DNA of 64,000 nucleotides, taken from positions 2,232,001 through 2,296,000 of the forward strand of contig CP158635.1 in NCBI GenBank assembly GCA_050273025.1, written 5' to 3'. How positions within the stretch are numbered: position 1 is the stretch's first letter; the number at the start of each line of letters is the position of its first letter. Of this stretch, positions 52,500 to 64,000 are shown in pieces. Origin of the DNA: Cenococcum geophilum. Taxonomy: Eukaryota. The notes below the pieces were generated by a model. That model had not been told where the DNA came from. It did no database searches and was given only the letters and a program-made list of their open reading frames with translations. The translations under genes and the position numbers were made by a program.

Positions 52500-55400
52500 T
52501 GTAACCGACTACTAAGGCTCGTATTACCTTATGACTCACCACCCGTTTCTTAACTTATATACCTCTTGCTATTATATATCTCATTACTGCATTACCCCTG
52601 TCTTTAATGTCTACCTATCGATTATTTCTATTACCTATTCATTACCTATTACCGACTAAGTGGCAATGGCGACCTAGTGGCTAATTAGGTAATAGTTACA
52701 AATTATTATTAGTATTGCCGACAACCTTAGCCACCTATTTCTTGTATATAGTATACTTAATTTCTATAGATTTAGAATTAAGTCGTTTATTTAATTCTTT
52801 ATACTGTAAAGCTTATAGTTATAAGCCCGGCCTGCCTACTGTACTGCATCTAATCTGTATATTTAGCGCTTACTAAGTAATTAATCTTTTACCTCATTTA
52901 AGAAGTCACTACTTCTTCCACCTTTGCAGTGTCTCGAGCTTCTTCACCTATTAAACAAACGGACGATCGACCTTGACCGACGACCGTATACGACCGACGA
53001 ACGAACTGACGAATTAAATCGTCAAAATAAGGTTTCGCTAAGACGCTAAATTGGACCCTACCTAACCTATTAAATTCTAAAAATGACGACCAATACAAAC
53101 GAATCTTTATCTAAAATCAACCTCATCCTCAACCAGCCATCTAATTGGATTTAATGGTTCTTTGTTATTTAAGATACTGCAAAAACGAACAAGGTATGGG
53201 AGTATATCGACCCATCTAAGAAGAAAGATAAGCTTCTAAAGCTAAAACCACCAAATCGGCCTATACCAGCAGACGTACTTCCTAATGCTACATTGATAGC
53301 TTAGCTAGACCAAATCAAGCTTATAGCCTATAATTAGCTCTACGCCGAATACAAAGACGACCTACGCGTATATTAAAAGCGAGAGCAGGCTATAAGCGAC
53401 ATTAGCAACTACATCATTTGCTCGACATCGGTAGCCTACCTTCCACTTATTGACGACCTCAATACGGTACACGAACGGCTACAGGCACTTAAGACTACAC
53501 TAGCCCCTACTACCTTAGGTTAAAAACACGAAGTCCTAAATCAATACACGGCTCTTAAGGCCTACAATAAAAAGCAGAGTATTAAAAAATGGTTAAATAG
53601 CTGGAGAAACATCTATAAGCTAGTAGAGCAATTAAAGCTACCAGACGTGTAGGGATTTAGGCCACACTACGATTTCATTTAAGCTATTAAACCCATCTCT
53701 TCTAGCTTCACAGGAGCCCTAAAAGTAGATCTCATCAGGAAAGAACGAAAGGATAAAGCCGCCCCATCTATTATTAATCTAATTAAGGAATTTAAGGAGC
53801 ACTACCGCATGCAGCAAGCATCTTCTACTGCTGCTACTAATAGCTCTATATTTGCAACCCTTTAGAATAATTTAAATTCCAATTTAGATTCTAACGTTAA
53901 TTCCAATTTTAACAGCAATCCAAATTTAAATTCGAGATCGTACAAGGAATGTATATGCGGCCTCAAACATCGATTCAGTGACTGCTACTATATTATTAAG
54001 CAGAAGCGCCCTTAAGGATGGAGACTAAGGCTAGATATCCAAAAGAAAGTAGATAAGAAGATCTCGTCTATACCCTTAATTAAACGCGCAGTTAATCAAA
54101 TTCAAAAAGAAGAATAGAAAGTAAAGAAGAATAATTAGAATACAGAATCTATAATCGATTTTAATTTTAAAACCCCACCTTCTAAGATACCGACTAGCCA
54201 TGCTGCCGTATTTAGTACTAGTCAAATTCCGTTTAAACTCCAGAACACCTAGATACTCAACCCTAGTGCAGATACCCACGTCTACAACAACCAAGAAGAC
54301 TTTACCTTCTCCTACTTAGCTGCAGAAGACGACTACCTAATTGCTAGCGGAAATTTTGAAAAAATATAAGCTTATAGAATAGTAACGATTACTATTAATA
54401 CGCCTAATAGGAGCTTAAAAATGAAGCTATTCTATGTAGCATTGGTACCTACTATGTTTACGAATATTGTAGCACTATTAAGAGCTACTGATAACGATAT
54501 CCATTTCGACTCAGGACGAAACTTGCTATACCGTCTAGCAACTAGCAAAATAGTCTGCTATGCGAAACGACTAGGGGGCCACTAGGCACTAATGCACAGA
54601 GAGCCTACGCCTACGAATACCCTAGGTTCAACTCAATTAACATTCTTAACCTCTAAGAGGTACTAGCCTAGCCGTATGGCCCATAAACTAGTCGGAGCCT
54701 TAGCTACCAAATAGTACAAAATTCTTGGCCATATAGGACCTGATGCTATTAAGCAGCTTCCTAAGCACGTTAATGGCGCAGAGCTAACCGAATTAACTAC
54801 TAAACGAGCACCGCTTAAAATTGAATGTGAAGTTTGCTTATTAGCAAAGCACACATAGCAGATCTCTTAAAAACGAGAATACGAATTTCCAGCCACTTAA
54901 CCATTTAAACGGCTCGCATTTAATATTCTTAGCCTCGGAGAACTAGGCTATAATGGCGATAGATACATTATATATTTCTATTATATATATTCCAAATTTA
55001 ACTTTATCTTTACATCTAAGAATAAGGACAAAGCTATTGTCCTGCCTACTATCTAAAAGACTTACCGTTTAATCAAAATACAATTCCACTAAGACGTTAT
55101 CTTCTTCTAGAGCAATAACAAACGAGCTTTTAGACAAATAGGAGACACCCTACAAACATGGTGCGCAGACGAAGGCATTACTTTTAAATGCCGAGCCCCG
55201 TATACAGAAGAATAAAATAGCGGAGCTAAACGATCTGGACAAACCCTTATAAAACGATTAAGGGCTATATAGCTAGAAGCATCCTTACCCCTATCTGTAG
55301 GACTAGAAGCTTTCCTTACTGCAGGATATACGCTTAATTAAACACCAAATAAATAACTAGGATAGAAAACTCCGTACAAGATCGCCTACGGTAAGCCGCC

Positions 55401-58258
55401 ATCACTTACCTATATACACGTATACGGTTGTAAGACCTATACACTAGATAAAAGAGTTAAAAGAGGAGACAAACTAGCTCCTCGTGTATTGATTAGACAC
55501 CTAGTTGGCTACAATTTAACTAATATCTACCGAATATGGATTCCGAGTCTCCGTAAGGTTATTTAAATTAGAGATATTATATTTAATAAGACCTTATTCT
55601 ATAACCCTAAGGGTTAAGATATTGACTACCTACTAAGGGAAGCATTAGAAGATACCATTTAGACGATTAGTCTACTAGAACCTCTCCACGAGGACAAATC
55701 TAAGGACGAATCAATCCTATATACAGTTAATTTGGACCCTTAAAGATCTACCTCAGGTGTAGATTAAACGACTATATCTAAATCGAACGATTTAGCAGAG
55801 CTTCGTATAAGGGATACTAAGCAGTTACTAACACCTAGTAGAACGGTATCTCCAGATTTACTAGAATTAAACACCTTACCATAAGGACTTTAAGACGATA
55901 TCCTAGATATAACTGAAGCAGTTTCTACCTAGCTAAGCTCTTTAGAACTATCTAATAGAGCAACTAATATAGCTCTACGAGCTAATAAAGTCTCGGCCAA
56001 ACCTTCTACCGACCTTATCCTACTAAAAGGATTAAAACGAATTTGACGTCAAGCATATGCAGCAGTACTAGCCAATCTATCTACCCTATTTGGTTACTAC
56101 GCTGGCTTTACTATAGGACTAGTAAAGGACATTGACCGAGCTAGATCCTTATCTCTATATTAGGACAATCTTCCTTCTAAACTAAAGAACCTTAAAGAAC
56201 TAAGAAAGTATCCTTTAACTACTAGTTTCTAAAAGGCTATAGAAAAAGAATATAACAACCTAAAACGCCGAGGGACATTTAAGACTGTACCAAAGGCAGA
56301 AGTATATAACGAGCAGATCCTACTACTAAAATAGGTCTTTAAATATAAGCTTAACAGCGATGGTTACCTACAAAAGCTAAAAGCTTAATTATGCGTCCGC
56401 GGAGACTTATAGATTACTAAGGAGGAGACCTATGCAGCAACCTTGGCTGCTCAAATATTCCGTGCCCTTATGGCTATAGCAGCCGCATTCAATTTGGAAA
56501 TTTAACAGTATAACGCCGTAAATGTATTTATAAATACTCAACTAGATAAGCTAGTCTACTGCTACTACCCAGAAGGCTTTAATCAAAATAGATATATCCT
56601 AGAGCTACTTATGGCGCTATATAGATTAAAAGTCTTACCGTTACTTTAGTACAAAGAGCTTACTAGTACCCTAGCTAAATTTGGATTAAAACCTATCCTA
56701 GGTACCAACTACCTATTTACTAATAGACGACTTATTATCTTCTTCTACGTAAACGATATTGCCGTTCTATTTGCTAAAAAGGACCTTTTAAGACTTGAAG
56801 AATTTAAAGCTAAACTACTACACTAATATAAGATCCGTGCACTAGGGGACCTATAGTAGTTCCTAGGAATTCGTATTAAACGAGATTGACTAAGTTAAAA
56901 GCTCTGGCTCTGCCAAGACTCCTATATCGAAAAGATAGCCAGTTAATTCAATATTTAACCACCAGGAAGATTTCCTAAGTTATTACTTTCTACCAAAGAA
57001 CTAATTCCGTCTAACCAGCAGATAAACCCTTAAAAAACCCTAGCTTACTAGTAACGAGTTAGTTCTCTTATATACCTAGCCGTATTTAGAAGACCTAATA
57101 TTATAAAGACGCATTCTAAGCTGGCCGAATTCCTTACCAATCTAAATTAAAAACACCTTAATGTATTAAACTAAGCTATCGCCTACTGCCTTAGAACAAA
57201 ATCGACAGCTATTAAATACTCTGGCGAAGTATTTAGAGCCCACGTCTACTTTAGAAACCCTAAAGGAGAAGATATCACCTTTTATAAAGCATCTAACGTA
57301 GCATTTACGGACGATAGAGAGACTAGACGGAGCTCTTAAGGATACCTTTTTATCCTATTTAGAGGACTAATCGATTGGAAGGCGACCCTATAACGATTAG
57401 TAACTCGCTTAACTACGGAAGCGGAGCTTCTCTCCGTGTCTATTGCTGCTGTTAAAATCATCTGGTGGCAGCGTTTCTTTAAGGCAATCGGCTTTAATCT
57501 AAAACGCGAATTTACCTTACTTTGCGACAATATGCAAACCGTACAACTCCTAAGACAGGATATACCAAAGCTTAATACCAAGCTTCGACATATTAACGTC
57601 CATTAGCACTAGCTAAAATAGGAGGTCTAAGACAAAAAGATTAACGTACGATAGGTTCCTATAGATAAAATGCCTGCCGACGGCCTTACTAAAATCTTAC
57701 CCCGTTAAAAGCACGAAGCATAGATAAAGCAGTTAAATTTGGTAGATATTTAATATCAAATTAATACTTTATCTAGCAACTAGCAATATCCGCAATGTCC
57801 GCAATATTCGCAATATCCGTTACAGTTACTATATCCTTTTACTACTCCCAAATTGCATCTAAATTTCCTATTCTGGTATAGTCTCTACCTTTATTTTTAT
57901 TTTCTGTAGCTTTAACTACACCGTTAAATCTAGGGGGGTGTGTAACCGACTACTAAGGCTCGCATTACCTTATAACTCACTACCCATTTCTTAACTTATA
58001 TGCCTCTTGCCATCATATATCTCATTACTATATTACCCCTGTCTTTAATGTCTACCTATTAATTATTTCTATTACCTATTCATTACCTATTACCGACTAA
58101 GTAGTAATGGCGACCTAGTGGCCAATTAGGTAACAGTTATAAATTATTATTAGTATTGCCGATAACCTTAGCTACCTATTTCTTGTATATAGTATACTTA
58201 ATTTCCATAGATTTAGAATTAAGTCGTTTATTTAATTCTTTACACTGTAAAGCTTACA
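52500..58258 (+). mobile_element. Ty1/Copia element Copia-3 (non-GalEa), RIP-inactivated, nested in B2
   Basis: 318-bp LTRs at 52500-52817 and 57941-58258; TSD TATAC at 52495-52499 and 58259-58263. PBS-like GTTATAAGCCC and PPT AGGGGGG. Motifs FFYVNDI (YVDD before RIP), LKA*LCVRGD, TTEAELL and MPADGLTK. Confidence 0.95.
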
Positions 58259-58295
58259 TATACTATATAGGGTAGATTCTTATTTTAGCTAGTAG

Positions 58296-61200
58296 TGTAG
58301 TAGCGTAGATTGGACGTCGCCTACTATCTTAGCATTTTCCTATATTTATAGAGCCTTCGGCTTCCTTCCTTCTTCCCTTAATCATACATATATATCACGA
58401 CTCTACCAGTTACCAGAAATATACTCTTTTCTTTCTTTCTTACTAACTGTTCTACTAACTAATTACAACCGACTAACCAACTAACTAACCGACTAATAGA
58501 CAGACAGACTAACTAACAGCACTGTAACTTTTCCTATCTTAGAGAGGTCATACCCTCCCATATATTTTATAGCATTCCACGTAGGGACGACGGCAAGCTC
58601 TTTAGATTAGAAGTCTAGTGCTATATACACAGGAGACACACAGAAACATATTACAACTATAGAAGAACCACCAGCGGCAGATAAATAAGACAGCAGAAGA
58701 AAACTAGGCAATATTAAATAGTAAGGGGAACCAGGCAGTACCGGAAAAAGATAGGACAGCCAGACTTAATATATAGGCTAAAGAGTGGCAATAAGAGGCA
58801 AAAGAGCATAGGTTAGATAGTCTTAAAAAGTTATATATAAGGATGTTAAGCAAACTAGCGAGTTAATTAGACAACGTCGACCGGCGGTTAGAGTTACTAA
58901 GATCTACTACTAAGCATAGCCAGACCTTTATTAAAGATATAAAGACGACAAGCCAAGGGCCAATTAATTAGATAAAAATAAGATCTAAGATATCTAGCGG
59001 TAAAGGAAGTCAGTACTGCCCTTTATAAACAAAGGATACAATACTAAACAAGGTCACAAGCACACAAAATTAGATCTATCCTTAAAAGCTTCCTATTCTA
59101 GCTTAGCTTTATCCTCTTTTAAGTTATCCGGATTATATTAGCAGCAGCTCTAAAGGCGTTCTATAAAGAAGTAGATATAAGTAAAAGCAAAAGGCTTAAC
59201 AGCACCCTACCGCGCGGAATGACAATAGGTTAAAACAGATAGGCGTACCGAGACCCGGTAATAGTAGATAATAAAGACTCCATACTCTCCTAGGAAGACC
59301 CCCCCTCAGGCATTAAAAAGTAGGTACCCTCCGTTAGGGATATAGCTATATAAGTAGACCAGCCGAAGCATAAACTAACACCAGGACAGCTATCTAGGAC
59401 ACCCTCTATTAAGACCACGGCCATATACGCAGACCTACTATAGCGCTTACCCGTGTCACCTAGGACCGATAGCCTTTAGTAAACAAAGGATAGGAACCGC
59501 AAGGATCACCTATAAGCTCCCAAGGAAGCTCTAGATGTATTACCCTATAACTAACAGTTAACAACTTAAGACAGGATCTACGTTGTGACCCAGCCTATAC
59601 CAGCCCCAGGGACTATTAGAACTCCGTACTTTATAGGATAGGATATATTACAGTTTATTAAGCAGTACAAACGACTATACGCCCGATATTACGTCACGAG
59701 TAAGAAGAAGCACTAGGGCCTTCTAAAGTACTGCAATTACTAGATAGGGATATGGATCTAAAGCCTACCTAAGTTCGTAATTAGTAACTAGATAGAGCTT
59801 ATAAGAAGGCTTAGGACCGAATATTAAGCTAAAGATTACTACCAACGTATAGAGACAAGAGACTTTATAAAAGCTTACGTTTAAATATCTACAGAATAAC
59901 CGGGCGACTTGCGTCACTATATATGGGACTTTACTACCATCTTAGCCAAAGCTATAGCGGCGGGTAATCTGTTAGATCCGGAGAGAGGGCGATAGTTCGT
60001 ATAGGGGCTTCTAACTAACTACCACAGGCACGCAATAGAAAGGACAGGAGCCGTAGCAGATAAGTCTAGCACCTTTATATTCAAAAGACTAAAGGAGGCC
60101 GTAGAGTTAAGGATAATAGCTACAGAGAATACTAAGCAAATGGCTATCCTTTTAAAAGAAGATATCTAGAATATCCAGCTTATATAAGAGCTACAGCAGC
60201 GAAGGAATGTGCTCGACCGCTAAAGAGAAGAAAGACTTCCTAACCTAGCTAGACCAGGTATACACGGAGGAGCCCTAATGCAGCAGCAGTTACCTATAGA
60301 TTAGGCTACAGTTTAAAGCCTAGCATAAGGATATAAAGACTGGTAGAACAGCACCTAAGCCCCCTTTGTCCTATAAGACTATCGGCCTCTATAAGGCTCT
60401 TAATATCCATAAGGTTCTCAATATCCATAGGACTCCTAATATCCGCAAGATTCTGCCTTCGGACAGCCGTAGCGGGACGTATAGGGTTAGCAAGGTATAT
60501 AAAGACAAGGCCAGTAGACCTATTTTAGATATAAAGGAAGTCACCATTTTACTAAGGACGAATACCAAGGGCTAAAAGATCTTATTCTACTAGGATTTGT
60601 ATATCTATCTAATCAAGGAAGGCTAGTAGTAGGGACGCGCAATCGACCTAAACCTATACTTCTATGGCTCGGCAATAAAGGACGATTAAAAGGTATTAAG
60701 AATTGGCTTTATACGTACCAAGGAATAGACCTAGATAGGCAGGCATATTAGAAAATAGAAGGACAAGGACAGACGCAGAAATAGGCCCCTATAGTATAGA
60801 CGGATTTTACTACTTTCTATAACGGAGTAATACTAAAGAATATTAACAAAATGCGTACAAACTGGGAGGACTACTATCAAGTACGGCCCACGGACTCAGT
60901 AGTAACGCCTAGCCAGTAACGTCCGCAGACTCGCCTAACCCTTAGAGACAGCCATACGACCAAAACAATCGTTAAGCCGCAGGCTCCGCAGTAGGCTCCG
61001 CAGCAGGTTCCGCAGTAGGTTCCGCCGCAGGAGAAGAACATACAATTAGGAGATTGCATCCAGATTAGGTTATAGCCTACAGATAAGACAGCTAAAGCTA
61101 AAAAGAAGAATAAATCATCTAATCCTTAGAGACGGTCTTAGAGATAGACGCTTAACTAGGTCAGCTATTAACTGTAGGCTTTACAGCAAGCTCCGCAGTA

Positions 61201-64000
61201 GGTATAAAATATTTAACTAGGGGACAGTTAAGTTCTAAGGTAGGGGAGGGGACGTAGGTAACGGCCGTATAAAAGATTTCTATTTATCTACTTAATTACT
61301 ATATTTCCTAAAGCTCCTTTCTTATTTACTTTCTTAGTCGCGACGCGTTAATCGCGACGACCTACTACTGCAAAGATGTCAGCTTAGCTTACCGCCTATC
61401 ACCGAGCTAATAGCGATTTTTCATGCCCGGTATAGAAAATCCTAATTAGTCTATTTAGCCATAGAGCCGGCAGAACTCTACACCACCCCTAGAATTCGAT
61501 AATATAGCTACATAATAAGAACGGATACTAAGAGCCTTAGTTAATTGCACGGATATAGAGTTAATTATATAATACAGAGCCTAACGCAGAGCTATATATA
61601 GGGCCTTAATCAAATAACTATATAGAAGCTACGGTTAGTTAAGGAATCAAACCAAGCTAGAGCCTCAATACTAGCACGTCACGTTACTAAATCAAATTAG
61701 TCAAATATCGTCAAATTAGAGCCTTTAACCGGGCCGACCTTATTCCTTATTTAAACGACAGCTAATCGCAGCATAACTATCACTACTATCCGAATTTAGT
61801 ACTACGCTAGCTGCACGACAAGAACGGACACCGCGGCAAGGAAGGGACCTCTATAAGAGCAGCAACATAATATTAGTAATAAAGCACCATAGAAACGGTA
61901 AAGCAGTATATAAAGAGGCACTGCAAGAGATCCTATATAGGGTATAGCTAACCACCTTATTAAGGACTATAAGGGGAATAGGAATTAGACGTATAGAAAC
62001 TAGCGCTTCTCCTTAGAGGTCGTCTTAATAAAGGACTGTTTAATGGATATAGGGATAAGGGATATGCGATAAAGGTAGTTATAATAGCCGAGAAACTGCT
62101 ACTAGGTAATACTAAGGACGACTTAGGCAAAGTATAGGACCAGCAGGACAATAACAAAGAGACTAAAAGCAGAAGATAACCCTAAGAAGGTTCTTAAGCT
62201 AGAAGAAGATTAAGGATATATAAGCGTATAGCCAGTAATAAGAGCAAAGAAGCAGCTATAAAGGATATCTAAAAAAGCACCAGGCCTGCAAAAATAGTCT
62301 ACTAGAAGCTGCCGCTTATACTTATAAGGAAGTCTTAAGATAGGTCTCTAGATTGGACGTCTAGTAGATACTAAGAGCCTTAATTAACTACGGATGCAGA
62401 GCTCTAATTAATTAACTACATGGATACAAAGCTTTAATAGAATAACTACATAGCTAGAGTCTTAATCGATTATCCGTAGATATAAAGCCTACGGATATAA
62501 AACCCAGGTCATACATACAGCAAAAGATACCTTAAGTTAAGCCAGGGCCTTATCAAATCCTAATTAGTCAAACGCCGCCTGTACAAGTCAAGTCGTCAAA
62601 TTAGAGCCTTCAGTCAGGCCGACCTAATACCCTATTTAAACGTCCATCAATTATACGTTATCACCGTTAGTTAGGTCAGTCACTATCGCCCTCAGACGTC
62701 TTCAATTAGTAGTTAAAGATCCTACAATAGCAGATAGACAGAAGTACAGCTAATTAACGTCCTAAAGCCTCTACGAGAGCCTCTCCCTTTAACCCCCCTT
62801 ATCAATCAATTGCTGCCCGTCTCGACGCCCACGGATTAGTTAACCAAAACGATCTTTCCTGTAGATATAAATACGGAGCTTTACACGGAGTCTTACACGG
62901 AGTCGTATATAGACCCTATAGATATAGAGCATACAGGTGCAGAGCCTTAATTAGATAACAGTACGGCAGCTTAACTAGACGCCTATAAATGCGAAGCCTT
63001 AATTAAACGGTAAATACGGAACCTTAACTAATCGGACGTCTATATAGAAGCTTTAATCAACTATCTACGGATACAAAGCCCCAGTTGTATATACAGTAGA
63101 AGACACCTTAAGTCAAGCCAGGGCCTTATTAAGTCTAGATCAGCTAAACGCTATCTCCGCATTTAAATCAGGACAATCAGGGCCTTTAACCGGGCCGACT
63201 TTTTACCTTAATCAAACAACCAAACGATCAGTTACAGCACGTCGTCGCCGACCAATTAGACAGTCTTCGGCCAGCAGTTAAGGCAGCCATATATATATAC
63301 ACGCATACACACAAACACGGACGTAGACATAGACGCAGATACAGACGCAGAATATACAATGCAGAGCTACTAATACGCAGCTAGATGTACAGCTAGATAT
63401 ACTGCCCGACGCACAGTCAGACGCACAGTCAAATACAGAGCTATGCGGACGTAAAGCTTAACAATATAGGGCCTAATGCAATGCCACGGATAGAGCCTTA
63501 ATTAAGAGCCGTATATAATACAGACCGATACAGAGCTAGATATAAAGTCTTAATATCAAGCAACCAGCCGAATAATCAAGTCGGGGTATAGCCTCCGCCG
63601 TCTTAATCAACTGCCCTACTACCGCCGCCATTACTACTACTATTCCGTCCGACTATTCTATCCCTCCTATGTCAACCAATTGCTCTATCTCTACTATTCT
63701 AGATCTATACCGTTGCTAAATATATTTTACTGCTAAATCTACCGGATCTGCTATATCGTCCAACTATTCTAACCGACCTGTTCTAGGCCTAATGCTATTT
63801 TAGCTATTCTACTGTTGCTCTCCCAACCACCAGACCCTACCGTTTCGATCGCCCTACCGCCGCTATTCCGACTAGCCGCCTCTAGCCAACTACTATCGAC
63901 CACTGCCATTAACCGTTCTGTCACTACTGCTACTGCTACTACTACTACTACTATATCAACCAACTGCTATCAACCGTCTACTGCTACCGAGATTTCTACT
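58296..64000 (+). mobile_element. Further LTR-retroelement-like insertion (Gypsy-like family C), degenerate, right end not in window
   Basis: B2 homology stops abruptly at 58295 and TG follows. A long RIPed gag-like frame runs ~58600-61200. An integrase Zn-finger-like LHDKNGHRGKEGT..VKQYIK lies at ~61811-61930. No RT was recognised. Confidence 0.5.
61500..63560 (+). repeat. Degenerate internal direct repeats
   Basis: AGRGCCTTYARYCRGGCCGAC blocks at ~61718, ~62603 and ~63179; 62490-62580 resembles 63068-63150; many GAGCCTTAAT motifs. Confidence 0.7.

Larger units (their letters stand above)
37047..58295 (-). mobile_element. Gypsy-B copy B2 (3' end only, inverted), fragmented by three nested insertions
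   Basis: 3' LTR at 37047-37469. Internal pieces 37470-38396, 52443-52499 and 58264-58295 are collinear with the reverse complement of B1 ~21950-22965. Confidence 0.9.

Overview
Eukaryotic DNA from a filamentous ascomycete, inferred from spliceosomal introns with CTRAC/CTAAY branch sites, Pezizomycotina-type genes and a pervasive RIP signature (TpA excess, TAA/TAG-riddled ORFs). A GC-balanced island at about 27.3-36.4 kb holds five intact genes: GET2-like, mitochondrial MRP49-like, a secreted CxxxC thioredoxin-like membrane protein, PSG1/DUF4448-like and a Cys-rich single-pass membrane protein. It sits between two blocks of RIP-destroyed, nested transposons. Left block: a Tc1/mariner relic containing a chromoviral Gypsy (family A), which contains a GalEa-type Copia; a piggyBac-like relic containing a full-length Gypsy (family B); MITEs and Helitron-like ends. 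Right block: a Gypsy-A LTR, then an inverted Gypsy-B carrying three further insertions (a Gypsy-B that itself contains a second GalEa Copia, a third Copia, and a further Gypsy-like element). The five complete nested LTR elements have exact 5-bp target-site duplications. Most notable: (i) an antisense, intron-containing Zn2Cys6-like plus coiled-coil gene in all three Gypsy-B copies; (ii) a ~70-bp hairpin/double-CCAAT cassette shared by three different retroelements in both orientations; (iii) four insertions within ~150 bp of the Gypsy-B chromodomain junction; (iv) a probable 3-nt microexon in MRP49. All calls come from reading the sequence by eye; no searches were run.
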